DNA of 64,000 nucleotides, from NCBI GenBank assembly GCA_043228905.1, contig JBHGNT010000011.1:18724001-18788000 (forward strand), in the 5' to 3' direction. Positions 11,831 to 25,800 of this stretch are shown piece by piece (position 1 is the stretch's first letter; the number at the start of each line of letters is the position of its first letter). Both the position numbers and the translations under genes were made by a program. Source of the stretch: Azolla caroliniana (Eukaryota; Plantae; Polypodiophyta). The notes under the pieces are model-generated. The model did not search any database and was not told the origin of the DNA. It worked only from the letters and a program-made list of their open reading frames with translations.

Positions 11831-14800
11831 GGTTTCAACCATGCCTATGTACACACAAGAGAAAAGGTAACATGTTATGGGACACATTCATCACAAAAGA
11901 AAATCATGTTTTTACCCTCAAGATATGTTCACTTAGAGCAAACTTGAAAAATAGCATATGCTCTTAATGACACTCTAGTGAACAAAAACTATGGAAGAAA
12001 GCTAAACTTATATCTAGAGGTAGAAAGTTGTGAGTTGCAAATGAACGTTTTGCTAAAAATCATCAAGTTTCTAGGGAATCTTTTGAACAATTTAATTGCA
12101 AACATGCACATACATTTTGATATGAGCCTTTATCTATCGTACTCATAACTTTGAAAGGGTGATCCATAAAAAGATGTATGTATTGTATGGTTTGAGATTT
12201 ACAGAAGATTCATGACTTGAAATTGTATTGAGAAATTGTGAGCATTTCTTAATAATAAGGAAGGATATATTCCTTACAATGATCCACTTATTGTCCATGG
12301 AATACGACAATAATTGAATCTTGTGTATTTTGCTCACAAGGACGTATTAACAATTCAGAAGTAATAGAAGTTGGTGGTAATAGCTCTTGTTCAAGTTTTG
12401 CAAATAGCGACATGGTTATTAACCTAATATCAATGGACGGGTCATTTGTAGAAGTAAACGCTACTTCTTATGAAGAATGTGATTACTTCAACTCTAGAGA
12501 TCTGGAAAAGTGAACATTTTATTATAGTGAACCTAAGTAATAGTAATAGAAATAGATTATAGAGCGGTATATTTTTTGTTGACCATGTTTTACAAACATG
12601 TAGGTATCATCTCAAACCTTGTGGGGCAGTAGTAGAAAGGGAAAGTTCATTAAAAACCCTTAACTTTTTATTAGCATGGCAAATCACAACCCACACTAGG
12701 GATGTGGAACGTGAGAACTTAAAATACTAACATCCTTTAATACCGAAAGAAATCTCAAACAAATTGGCATGGGCTTGACTCCCGCTACCTCTAAGGTTGT
12801 AAATCACAAGAGTCATCACTATGCCGTTAAAATCTAGAATCATGTAAGTCTCTCGGTTTAAAAGCAAAATTTGGTTTGTTTAGTAGAAATAGGCAAGGGG
12901 GGGGGGGCAAACTTAGTTAGGAAGCAACGCTTCAACATTGTAATGCAACATGCATTACTATACATTTGATTATAATCTAAACTAGGAATGTGTACATTAA
13001 TAAATTCAAAATTTCAGCTTATCTAGCAAGAAGCTAGGCTATATACATATACGGTTCTGCACAATCTTTTTCTTTCAAGTACATTTGATTAGATTGTGAA
13101 TGTGAAAATTCTTATAAGCACAAGCTGATTGTACAATTCAAACATTTCCTTTAAACCGTGCTTATATATAAAGAAGACATCGAATATATATAAAGAAAAC
13201 ATTAGTGTATAACATGATGGTCATTCTTCTTATGTTATCATCAATATGCAATCGAGTAAGCATTTGCCCAATGGTGTATAGCAAGTTTTCTCACCTTGTC
13301 CAACTCTTTAATTTTGTGACCGTAAGGTATTGTGCACATGTCCTTGGAATCACTGTTGTATACCACTTTATCATCTTCAAATAACCACATTTGTAAAGAT
13401 ATTGTCTTCGTAGCATTTAAAACCAACTACAATGGTCTTTATAGTGTGAGCAACACACTGGGCATTATATGCATACATTTATATTGATCCTTTCATATGT
13501 ATACATGTGTGTGTGTGTGTGTGTTTGTACGTATGTATGTATGTACATATGTATGTGTGTATGCTCACCTTGATATGGTCAATAACGTTAGTACGTAGAC
13601 ACAAAGATATTCATTCTCTCCATTAGTGAGATGAAGACAAAATTGATTCTCATATGCAATCTAAAGGGTGCCAATATCCGTGTGTACACGATGTTGCTAA
13701 TGAGGAACCGAATGGTCCTTGGCATATTGAGATTTTATAGATCTTGTAAATGTAACACACTAGGCAAGGTCTAGGGATATAGATATATACCCCTAAAAGG
13801 CCCTACCTCATTTTGTGTAGTTGAATTCAAATTCATGTTAATATATTACATTAGAATTCAAGGTTGACTAAGCCCTTTGAAGTTTGGCTCCATTGTTACA
13901 AATGCTTGTTTGATGTTTTTTCTGTCAGTTATGCACATGTGCATGACCAAATATGTCTATACTTGGTTTTATATATAGTACACAATGACATTAGTGAGAT
14001 ATGTAGTTTCACATCAAATGTGTAGTCACATTGACTACGTTCAATGTAGTTGCATACCTGCCAATGAGGAAGGCTTTATTACTTAGGATGCCATTCTTGT
14101 TTCAAACCTCTTTCCTTGGGATCGCCCAACCACAATCCAGTTCAGGGTCTTATTGATAACATCGTTACGAACTATGTTCTCGACAATATATAAGTGACAA
14201 AATGTTAAAACTAACAAAACCCCCCCAAAAGAGCCCTATCTAGACTCCAATCAAATCTGCATCCTCCCACTTTTTTTGTTGTTGAAAGCACACACACATT
14301 TATCTATGTATAAATGTATATGAATAAGACAACTAATTGGTGTCACCACTACATGGGTAATGGGACATGTTGAATCCCCAATAGGCATGACGAACACTCC
14401 ACTGAAGAAAGAAATTTGACTTGTTCCAATAAACAAAATTGCAACATCAATACTCCCTTCAACTTTGAAGATATGCTCTAACTCCATGCCTACCATCAAT
14501 GGTGAGCACATTGCACCTATCCAAATTATGACGTAATGTGTAAATATCTTAGAGAGTAAGCTACAAAATATTAACCATAAGCATTCTAATATTTAGCAAC
14601 ACATAACCAATGAGTTTATTCAGCGGCAAAGGGAGATGATGAATGTGGACACACTTGCACCACTTGGCCTCTCCCTCTCTGAAATAGAAACCAAAAGAAT
14701 AACCAAACACCCTTAGATTCCGGGCTTCAAAGTCACTCGTTGTCATGTAGTAGACATTAAGAAGACTTTGAAGCTCGGGGAAATGAAACTAGTTTCAACA

Positions 14801-16730
14801 TCTAGTTCTTCATTTATAGAACATACCGGAAAGAAAATATGTGAGCATGTATGTGAGCTTCTATACACAAGCACATGAGCACATAAGGTGGAATTAGATA
14901 TGTGACCCTAGGAACCAAGATTGCAAATTGCAGGAAACTTGTTATTGTCTTCTTGCATTGAACATAAGATAAGAGATAAATAATTTATTTAAATGGGTGT
15001 ACAAATGCATTGGAAGATCACTTACACTCGACTATAGTTTTAGAGAGAGAAAGGGAAATCATTATTTTCCTCAAAGGTCACATATACCCTATAGAACCAA
15101 GCTTATATCCAAATAGTGCCATTTACAAGAATGAGAGGTTATAGAATGCTTGCATTGATAGGCCCTTAGTGGCCATTTCTTCGATTTCCTTTACATGGTG
15201 TGATAATTCTTGATGTATGAACTACAGAACATGATAGAAGACACTAAAGGACCCAACTTCCTAGAGAGAATACAAAGCCACCTAAACAAGTGGGAAGCAA
15301 CGTCTTAAAATGGATAAGAATTTATAATGACATTAAAAGCAATCTCAAGCCCACTCATAGTGGACACTCTAGGAGGCATTCCATTCGAGAACTAAAAAGT
15401 GATTCAAACTAACCCATAAGCAACCACAACAAACAACTAGAGATTCATGATTTCCAAGGTTTGAAAGGACCATCACCAAATAAATCTTTCTTAATATTTC
15501 ATATGTTGGAGGCATGGTAAGTTCCTTGATCCCAAAGGGTAAAAAGGAGATTCCCAAAGCAAATTACTTTGACATTAGGGAAAATGCACTATGGTGATGG
15601 GTACATTGAATACTTTTACCATCTTGGATTTAATCTAGAAGACTTATGTAGAGCACTTTGGTGATCTAAGGTGAAGAACTAACTCGTTAAGAAAACCATC
15701 CCAAGTTTTGGGGCAATATTTGAAGACCGAACACTTTGATTATCTAGTTGTGAAATCCTTACTCTCAAAAATTTTGGTCATCTCAAGTGGTCAATTTGAC
15801 TTTCCCCAAGACGCCAATATGACTCATGCCACTTACAAGGGGCTCACTACCAATATTGACTCATACCCAAAACGGTAGTTCATAGAGGGATTGGGGGTGT
15901 CACTCTCCAATGGCAACTACCACATTCATAAAAGCATTTACCTCTTCACTCTATGCCATCATGGAAGCTATGAGGGTTTATTATCTCATCTAAATAGATA
16001 ATTAATTGATAATAGTCGTATGCTTTGCCTTAATTAGATAATTCCTAAATAAAAAAATTCCACAATTAATTAGTGTTGAAAAGCTCCATGGAAGGAAATG
16101 ATACTTAGTGGATTCAAAGGGGAAAGAGTGAGGCACCCAGAGGCCCTTTTTACATGAGATCTCTGCCTTTTTCTACAAATTGGAAACCTTTAAAAGGTCT
16201 CTTTAATATCTAGGCATTAGCACCGCTACCTAATAAAGGGTAATTCCCATAATTATAAGTAATAACATTAGCATGTTTCAATATTTTAGATTTGGAAATA
16301 TTATACTTTATAAGTATATTAGATAAACAAGAATGACATTATTTCCATTACTAGTGGTGGAGCAATCATCAAAGCTTCCAATTCCATTGATTGTGGTGGA
16401 GCAATCATCAAATAATTTGAACCTTATGTTACTTGATGGTGAACTCCTTGATCTCAAAGATGAGTTGGAGCTTAGGAGAATGCTCATAGAGTTTATTTAT
16501 ACCCTTCATGCATTTGTCATAATATATGGCACATGGCATGCATGCAAATTAACAATGAGGCACCCTTTATCCCTGTCCACTAAATTTTTGAAGAAAATAT
16601 ATTACAACCTTCTTTGATACACCATATATTGTTAATTAGAACCTTGGTGAAACCAATATGATTTTCATTTCGTATATGGTCATCCAATATTCATAATGTG
16701 AAGAATTTTCCTTCACAACATTGGTCACCT

Positions 16731-17087
16731 TGTAAATATGTATATTGTAGTTTCGAGTTCTTTAAGATCACTAGGCAACAAATTTCACATTATAGAGCAT
16801 TGCATGGGAGTCAATATACTACTACATCATACATGTAAAGAGCCACCCACTCTCAAGGGTTCAATCCATATAAATAACCCCCTCAAGATAAAGACAATCT
16901 CTTTGCCTTTGGTTTCTCGCCTTCTTTTGCCTATTGCATTCTTCCCATATTTTGCTACTGCACTTTTGAGCTAAGCATCCTCCCTCTATGGTTGCGATTG
17001 TTGTGTTATTTCTCCCACCTATAGTTTTTCTTGTTGTCGTGACTTAACCCAACCTCTCATTTCCCTTATCGTGCGGTGGCTCCTACA
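16731..17087 (+). mobile_element. Possible old solo LTR
   Basis: TGTA...TACA termini and an internal TATAAATA followed by a pyrimidine-rich tract. Flanks cacct/aaccc match only 3 of 5. Confidence 0.3.
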
Positions 17088-18202
17088 AACCCGATAGCAC
17101 TCTCTTGACTTGCTTGGTACACCACAAAGGTCTATATCTATATAGTAGATGCATATGCCCACTTTGTATGAAGAACATCTAGAGGGAAGATTACTTACAC
17201 ACATCTACGTCCGTCATGTTCATGTTAACCATACTATGAGTGTGTACGTTGTGGGAAGGGACACAATAGATATGAGTAGCACTTTTAAGAATGTCTTCTA
17301 CGAGTTGGAGCATGCAACCATTCCGATGGTAGAGGGATCTTTCTTTGTCCATGACATGCAAATGTTGAATGAAAACTTGATACTTTATCATGGGTGACAA
17401 CCTCAAAGTTAAATGCCAATTGAACGGGGGTGGTATTAATACTAAAGCTCATCTGATAGGTGTAGAGGGAAAACTGTAACTTATAAATCCAGAAACATAT
17501 TCATAAAAGATGTGAGTTGGTCCTATGGTTCATGAGTCCCTAACCTACCTTCCTTAATGTATCTTTTCTTCTTGCCACATGTCCTTAGGTTTACCTTTTC
17601 TTTTCTCCTCGTATGCTTTGCAATAAGCATTTTGATGCGTGTGAGAGATAGATAGAGACATTTATTATATATATATTTTTGATAAAGATATCCTTTCATT
17701 AGTGTAAACAATTTACAAGGTTTTGAACACTATGTGATTGGCAGAGGAAACAACCATTTTGGTGGCTGAAAGCGCCAGAAAGGAGTGTCATTCTTGGATG
17801 TCACAAGTGGAATAGATGTCCACACGATAAAGACATTTTGTTATGGACTTTGAAGATCAAATATGACCTATGAGACCAAAGATATAATATTTTCATGTAA
17901 TACATGTGGAAGTGAGTAACAAGTCTTGATGTTTAAGAACTTTATTGATAAATTGTGTGTGTGAGAGAGAGAGTAATAGAGAGGTGACGAAGTTGGGTTT
18001 CAAACCCAAGATCTAAGGCTAGTAGTTTAGCAACCTGCTACTAAGGTAAACTAATTACAAAAATAAAAATAAAGAAAGAGGTGCAATGATTTTGCTACTT
18101 CAACTAAGTGGTTCAACAAGACTAAATTCAGAATATTTGATGGCTAGTAGTTTAAAACTCTCTTTTTCTCTCTATTACATTTTTATTTAATCAAATATAT
18201 TA

Positions 18203-18275
18203 GAAAGATGGATGTAGCTCAATTGGTAAGGTTGTTCAATTGAGACTAGAAGGTCACATGTTCAACTTACATCTA
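18203..18275 (+). mobile_element. Degenerate tRNA-like sequence (SINE head or tRNA pseudogene)
   Basis: A-box-like TAGCTCAATTGGT and B-box-like GTTCAACTT at tRNA spacing, but no complete cloverleaf. Confidence 0.35.
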
Positions 18276-18846
18276 ATAAATTGAGAGAGGAAAGTTGTGG
18301 CTTGTGTAAGTAGTCTAACAATCTACCACGAGAGTAAGTTAGTTATGATAAAAAGATGGCAAAGATACGATTTTGCACACAACTATGTGGTTCAAGTTGA
18401 ACAATCCTAAATTTGGATATATATTTCATGGCCAGGAGTTTAAATTTTGCATGTTATCTCTCTTTCTCTCTCTCATTAAATTGTTCACTTAAGCCAATGC
18501 ACATTGGATGTTGAACATATGGCAAGTACTTGACAAATCTCACTTCTAACTATCAAGCATCTTGACTCCACCTAAAGTATTTGTAAACAATTGATTATTC
18601 TATGTAATTTGTGTGAGATGTAACACAATTGTCAAACATTTCTTAGAGAGCTAGCAACATAAATTTACAAATCCCAAGAAACATCAACACATTATGCATT
18701 ATGTATAGTATTTAGTAGTCTAGACTCTAGAATAGTTTTCCCCTTCTAACGATACCACATATCCAAGAAACTCTACTTGGTTGTCACTTGAAATATCAAT
18801 AATAAAGCATATTCTTTCAAAATTTTGTTTTGTTCAACCATCTATG

Positions 18847-19322
18847 TGTTGTAAAATGGAGATAAAACAAAAAATCTGAAAGATGATTCACTTACACGAA
18901 GACACATGATATTAGCATGGAAAACCCCAACCGGATAAAAAACCAGGGGAGCCCACAGACTCCGAATAGTTCACTATGAGAGGCAATACAATGAGGCTCG
19001 CAGGCAACAACTCAAGCTCTTCTTCTTGGCCTACTAGCGGTTACAACATAGATGCACCGCTTGACGGTGTCTCTTTCTCTCTCGCAGTTACACAGTAAAA
19101 AACTCTACACTCACAACTTAAAGTTTTGCCCTAGTTATCTTTATACTTACACAACTTAGGACTATTTACAAATCTAGTCTAAATAGGCGCAACACAAAGA
19201 GAAACCTATTTACATACTTGTCCTTTCCGTATTCGATCCGGATCTGGTCTTTCTCTTCCTTCGGATCCGATTGATCCAGCTCGTGCTCTCCTTCCCATCC
19301 GGAGGGACATGGTTTCCCAACA
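18847..19322 (-). mobile_element. Solo LTR (476 bp) of a Ty1/copia family
   Basis: Termini TGTTG...CAACA with a perfect 5-bp TSD ctatg (18842-18846 and 19323-19327). Its reverse complement matches the LTR starting at 62030. Confidence 0.9.
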
Positions 19323-19817
19323 CTATGATCCCTAACCAAATCAAGAGAACCATCTAGGCAACTAGAATGCTAGATGAATGTTTTCGCCAAACACTCATCA
19401 ATATATCATGAACTATCCTTGTGCTCTTATGGTAATAGATCACACATCGTCCCCATAATGTTCTTTCCTAAGTTGGATATCAATTGGAAAACCATAAGGT
19501 CAATGCGTTATCAATGAATTGCTCTCGACCTTCTCGAACACATATGTGAACTTCTAGTATTTTTCTAGACTTGGGTCTTTGACTTGTTTGGGTTGAAAGT
19601 GTAGATAAGATTGCAAACAGACATTTATGTTTTCTTACTCTATTGTCTAATGTCCATAGAAAATGTTGAAGTATGATAATCTATCTTTGTAGGAAGGAGG
19701 GACTCTTTAATCGCCTGCCTTTTCCACTTAATCTTGAGATAACAAAGCACAAAACTCAAACCAAGGTAGATTAAGAACAACTAGATGCTTAACTTTGGTA
19801 ATAATCTTGAACAATAT

Positions 19818-19827
19818 CACACGTGTG
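19818..19827. promoter_or_regulatory. Palindromic G-box/BRRE CACACGTGTG upstream of the BES1/BZR1 gene
   Basis: Exact 10-bp palindrome containing CACGTG and CGTGTG on both strands. A second CACGTG lies at 20484-20489. Confidence 0.35.
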
Positions 19828-20589
19828 AATTTACAATAATTACATGAACTAGCACAAACTCTTCATCTATATTTGCAATGTGATAGGATGCCTCATTAAT
19901 TTTGACTCTAAAAGTTGAAGAATGAAGTATATTTGGCGTCTTGGTTTATGTGGACAACTCACCACTATATGTCATGAGCCAACACAATATAAACTTAAGA
20001 TGTTTTGATCGTGCCATTCTATTTCACCTTCGAATAAAGGTTATCGAGGATGTGTCACATCGATCTCCCAAGTGTGGGCCCATCTATATGAAGGTGGGCT
20101 TGTTACCACTAAGACATAAACATGTTGTGATGTAGGGCATTATGATTCCTAACACTTAGACCATTGTTCAAATAGTTGATTATCACAAAGTGTTGCTCAA
20201 CCAAAAGCCTGTGCAAGTGATCTTAGGATTTTTACGAAAAGTAAGAAGCAAATTGTTCACTCCATTGTGAGGCCAGTGCCAGAATTTGATCCATTCAATG
20301 AGAGAGAGGGATGATAATCCCACCACTTTTCATTCGGCTATGAAGGTGTTTCAACAATGATAGAGACATTAGGACACCAAGACGTTCAAGATGAGGCATT
20401 TTGTTATCGTGCTAGAGTTGGAATCGAGGCAGAGGTGGAGGGAGCCAGAAAACAAATTTCCTTATAATGCGATTTTGAGTTTTCACGTGGGGGCGAATGG
20501 GCATGGCAGGCGAGAGTATTCAAATCACCTTGATGGGCTTATGGTCGAGAAGCCATAGCATTCTCCACTTTTTATCCTCCTCCACGATG

Positions 20590-21032
20590 TATGAGGGTTA
20601 TGTATGCATGTATGTATGTATCATCATCATCATGTACATGAGGGTATGTATGTATGTATGTGTTTATGTGTGTATGTGTTTATGTGTTTATGTATGTATG
20701 TATGTATGTACGTATGTATCACCATCATAATGTACATGAAGGTATCAATATGTATGTATATATGTATGTGTGTATGTGTTTATGTATGTATGCATGTATG
20801 TATCATCATCATGTACACGAGGGTATGTATGTATGTGTGTTTATGTATGTATGTATCATCATCATCAAGTACAGGTCTGTATTGTGTGTATATACATATA
20901 TACTGTATACATATATGTATATACATATGTATCAGTATGTATGTATATGGGAGAACAGTGCAAGACAGAGACAAAGGGAAAGCTCTCTCTTTCTGTGTCT
21001 GTGCATCTCTGATAAAGCTCATATAATACAAT

Positions 21033-21063
<31 letters not shown>

Positions 21064-21090
21064 CATATGTATCATGTATGTATATACATC
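20590..21090. repeat. (TATG)n/(ATC)n/(AT)n compound microsatellite with ~4 higher-order units
   Basis: The unit atcatcatcatgtaca(t/c)gagggtatgtatg recurs. This explains the spurious MYVC-type ORFs. Confidence 0.9.
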
Positions 21091-21379
21091 TATGGCAGTG
21101 TGCAAGCATACACACATACAGATAAAACAAAGAAACAAAGAAACAAAGGAAGGAAGGAAGGAAGGAAAACAGGGTAAAGAGATAGATACAGAGCAGGGTA
21201 AGCTTGGCAGAGGAAGGCACAGAGAAAGGAACAAATACATACTCATAACAAGGTCCGATCTCTTGCCTCTCCCTCCTTCCCCTTTTCTTTCAGTCTGGTA
21301 CCTCCTGTGTGCTCCCCCAACCCGCCATAGCTGAGCCCTTCTTCTTCCTCTTCTTCCTCCTCCTCCTCCCCTGTTAGCT

Positions 21380-22865
21380 ATGACATCGGGCTCTCGGCTT
21401 CCGACATGGAAGGAGCGGGAGAACAACCGTCGGCGGGAGCGTCGGAGGCGCGCCATCGCCGCCAAGATCTATGCAGGTCTCCGTGCCTATGGCAACTTCA
21501 AGCTCCCCAAGCACTGCGACAACAACGAGGTCCTCAAAGCCCTCTGCAACGATGCCGGCTGGATAGTAGAAGAAGATGGCCTCACCTACAAGAAGGTATA
21601 ATTCATTTAAGAGAAACAAAAAAACAGAAAAATTCCCTAAATGGAAACAGTGGTTAGAAACCCTAATAATATTCTATCCAAATGTGAACCACATTAGGAT
21701 TGATCTCTGATACCGTTTTATTTAGTATCGAATGCTGTATTCCTCCTCGCGCTCTGACTGCCAACATTTCTTTATCTCTCCATTTTTTGATTTGTTGTGA
21801 ATTGTTTGTTGTGTCATGATTTGATGCCAGGGGATGAAGGCACCAGAGAGGGGACCAGAAACAGGCTTTGCTCCATCACCATTTATGAGCCCGGTGTCGT
21901 CTTCATATCCGAGCCCGGCTTCCTCAGCTTGCCCGAGCCCAGTGCGTTCAAATTGCTACAGAGGAGAAAACCCTTATTCCAATCCTAACCTCAACCACAA
22001 CCCTAACCATAGCCCTAGCCCTAACCCTAACCCTAGCCCAACCCAAACTCCATGGCTGAAAGGTCTCTCAGCTGCACGCCATCTAAGCTATGGAGCAGGG
22101 GGAGGGTCGTATAGCGCCCCTGTAACCCCGCCTTTATGCTCTCCAACATGCCGAAGCCCTCGGGGCAGCACGAGGGATCACGCAGGTAGATCGAGCGAAT
22201 GGGAGGCCAAGTCAAGCATGCCTGCGGGGCCAAAAGACGGTACTTTACCTGCGGACTGTGCGGCTACAGCTCTACTGAATGCATGGACATCATCGAGCAA
22301 CAGCAACAATGGGCAGGTGTTGGGTAGTAGGGTCACTCCATCGTCATGCCCCCTGTCTCCTCTGCCACCGAGGGCAGCCATGGCAAGTGAAGCTGAGAAG
22401 TCATCATCTGCTACAACAGGGGCCACCACCACTGCATACAGGTGCGGGCAGGCAATGTCAATTCCAATTCCAATGCCGATGCCGATGCCGATGCCGATTG
22501 CAGTGTCTCCGCCCCCGAGTGGGATGGCATCCCCAGTGTCTGTGTCTGCAGGAGGCATAGGAGGAGTTTGGATGGCACCGTGGGCGGCATCCATGGGCTC
22601 AGGATCGGGTTCGGGCGGATCCACGAGCTTCTCCTCCTCCCTCTGGCGACCGGGCTACTCGTATGTATCGCCTGGCGCAAGTGTCTGCATGGGCGGCGAG
22701 CCAGAACCGGGACCGGGACGAGGACCTGAACACGAGACCGAGATGGAAACAAGCCACAAGGAGGAAGTCGGGGGCGGCTCCATTGTCATGGTGAAGGCGT
22801 GGGCGGGGGAGCACATCCATGAGGAATGCCCCATCACATCCAAAGACCTAGACCTGAAGCTCTAG
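21380..22865 (+). CDS. BES1/BZR1: BES1/BZR1-family (BEH3/BEH4-like) brassinosteroid-signalling transcription factor, ~416 aa; exons 21380-21595, 21831-22865
   Basis: BES1_N domain [51 protein letters not shown]...GW.VEEDG.TY. Ser/Pro-rich region, [19 protein letters not shown] and a terminal EAR-like DLDLKL. One phase-0 GT-AG intron. Confidence 0.95.
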
Positions 22866-25800
22866 CCAAGCAAAGCAAAGGGAGCAAGGGAGAGATATAT
22901 GGAAGGGAAGCCCCTACTAGGATTTTATTTCTTATAAGGTGGTGTTTTGTTTATATACATATATATACATACACACACATACAAATGGAAGAGAAGCCCC
23001 TACAAGGATTTTATTGCTTATAAGGTGATGTTTTGTTTATATACATACACACACAGAGACACATATCCTGCTCCAATGAGCTAGCTCATGATAGAAGGAA
23101 AGCCATGGACAAACAAGTCTTCTCTCTCTCTCTCTCTCTCTCTCCCTCTCTTTTGTGGGTGGTTTAGGGTTTTCATGACAATGGTCTAGGGTGGTTTAAG
23201 ATGCTGTAGGTATGTTCTTATTATACACATAGATCTCCCCCATGACATGCTAGTGGTCTCACAATCATCATCATCATTATCATCGTCATCGTCAGTTCTA
23301 CCACATTCATTCAATCTCCTCCATGTAAGCTCGCACTAATTCTAAAGAAGTAATTAGTGGCTCCGATTCATTTTGTTGGATTACCTTGGATGATTAATGT
23401 TATGGTTGCAATCTAGCAACCAATGGAGGGAACCTCTTGTCAATGAGTACACATGCAACTTCACCAATGTATGCCTCCCATCATGTGTTTGTATGTCTTA
23501 GAGTTTTCCTTTTCATCATCTTGGCCTCCATCCCCATCTTTAGTCTTGCATCCTAATTGATATGTTTGTAAGTTCGGGTTATGTATAATTGAGGCCTGGA
23601 TCTCTACCCTCGCTTCCAACTTGTAGACTTAATTATGATGATGGGGTTGATGACAAGACTGCATACAGTAAGGGCCTATCTATGAGACTTGGCGCCCCAA
23701 TTAGGATTATGGAATCGATTAATCCAAATTAGATTTGTAATTATGTTATTGGATAATATTACATTAGTTTATGATTATGGACTCGATTAAACACTAGATT
23801 GTATATATTAAGAGCCACGGGTCAAGGAATGTTGATGGAGAGCTTTGAAATGATTAAGGCTTGGTTGATTGATTGATGAAGTGTTGAAATGAGCATGGCT
23901 TGCTTGACCTATGGATTGGTTTCAAGTGTTGATGGATGTGTGTTAAGCTTTTGATCATTCCATGATAGATCAAAGACCATGTTCCATGGGGTGACCTATC
24001 TTACAAGCTCAATCGAGTGTTTGTCACTTAGGGACTGAGTTACGACATTGCTATTGATCATGACAAAATTGTATCCATTGTATTAGTGACATAGATCAAG
24101 CGCTTGATCAATTTTATCAATTGTAGTGTTGCAGTAAGTCAACTGGGCCTCGTGATTGAGAGTGATCGACCTCCCAATGCCGTCTTCTAGCACGTTGTGC
24201 TAGTACATTGTGCTCTAGTGAACCTAATTTTGCTATTTTATATGCACAAAACCAAGTTAGTTCGGTTGAATATGTAGCATATAGTTTCTTAGTTTCTCGT
24301 ACTTTCCCAAGTCAGTAAGGCACCGATTGTCATTGAACTTGTACACAACATTGACCCTTGATCACTTGCACAACTCCATTACTATGAACCCACATCAAAT
24401 TCTTCCCCAAGGGAGATAAAAGATCCATGTCTTTCATAAATTATTCGTTAAGGATTATAAATTTGGATATTTAATTGGATTTCCATTTAAACATAATAGC
24501 CATTGGTATATCTTGGAAAGCTTGAGAATTGTTTGTTTACGTATGTTCTTGTCCTTCAGCATCATTAGGATCTCGAATAATGCTAAATGAGCGTGCATCC
24601 ATCCGTCAAACATGTATGTTGAGTGAATGAGAAATATCTTTCATTATCCGAATTCATATTTTTCTTTATACACATGCTTACAAAGACATATTATTTGGAA
24701 AAGCAAACGAGGAATTTGTGTCATTATTGTCATCTACCATTTTTACGTTCTCTTTTTCTTCTAATCAATTGGAGCACCATGTGCATTGTCCCAGATTGCG
24801 TTCAAGACAAATCTTTCGTGTATGAAGAGACGCTTTCCCCTTCACAAATCCTTTCCATCTACTCCACAACACACAACACACCACACTCAAAACCTTATTA
24901 CAATGATGAACGTAGGACAATATTGAGGTGTTACATTAAACTTCTTAGCCTTGATCTCTCCCACCATAGAAAGCACCGATGCTTTGCAACATTTATTTAT
25001 TCCCCGATTTATATTAAATAAGTTTCTCCCCCAAAAAACTCTCTTTCAATTTTGTTGATGTATCCCCAAAGTTGTTTACCTTCTCTACATTTAAGCCTTG
25101 GCTTAAATTAATCCCAATTTCAACTTAATAGAACAAGCCCCACATTTTGTGAGGGTGTGTTTCAATTTAGGAATAAGTCATTGTGTATCCACAATTTCCC
25201 CAACCTCAAATGCTACAACCATGCATACTAGTAGGCATTAGTAATAAGCAAAAGCCAGAGTCTACAAAATATAATGTTATGTATTTCTCCAATGGGTATA
25301 TGCTCTCTAAAGAGGCTCCAATTTTCAAAGATACTGTATTTACAAAAGATCAAAGAGACCTTATATTTGTTCAATCCTTTCGAACGTTCGTTGAATTGAT
25401 AAGATGGAATGGACATATAGTTTCTTTTTTAACATACGGATCTAAGATTTCCGAAAGTATATGGATTTAGTAGGGAAAACTATCATATGGTGATAAGTAT
25501 GAAGATGGAAACCTATTTAGTCTTTTATGAGTGTTTGTTTCATTATAGGGTATTAAACCAACCTGCCCATAGTTGCTTTGTGTTCATCTGGATCTATAGA
25601 TTGTGTAAAGTGAAATACATGGATGTGGAAGTACAAAGGGTGGGGGGAGCAAGAGCTTATCATACAACTCACAACTTTTCTATTGTTCGAAACAAACAAT
25701 GGGAGTGGCTCACAGAATAGGTGAGGTGAAGCTTGTACATGATGTTGTGCATAATGTAAACTTTGGCTCTCTAATGTGATTGTCCGTAAAATGCAAGAAG

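Noticed and set aside
18203-18275. Functional tRNA gene
   Set aside because: Acceptor, anticodon and T stems do not form a complete cloverleaf; kept only as a relic.
20497-21334. Long ORFs rich in MYVC/CMYV/HTYI (also 39864-40222, 47463-48012, 60293-60812)
   Set aside because: These are translations of TATG/CA/CT microsatellites with no protein-like content.
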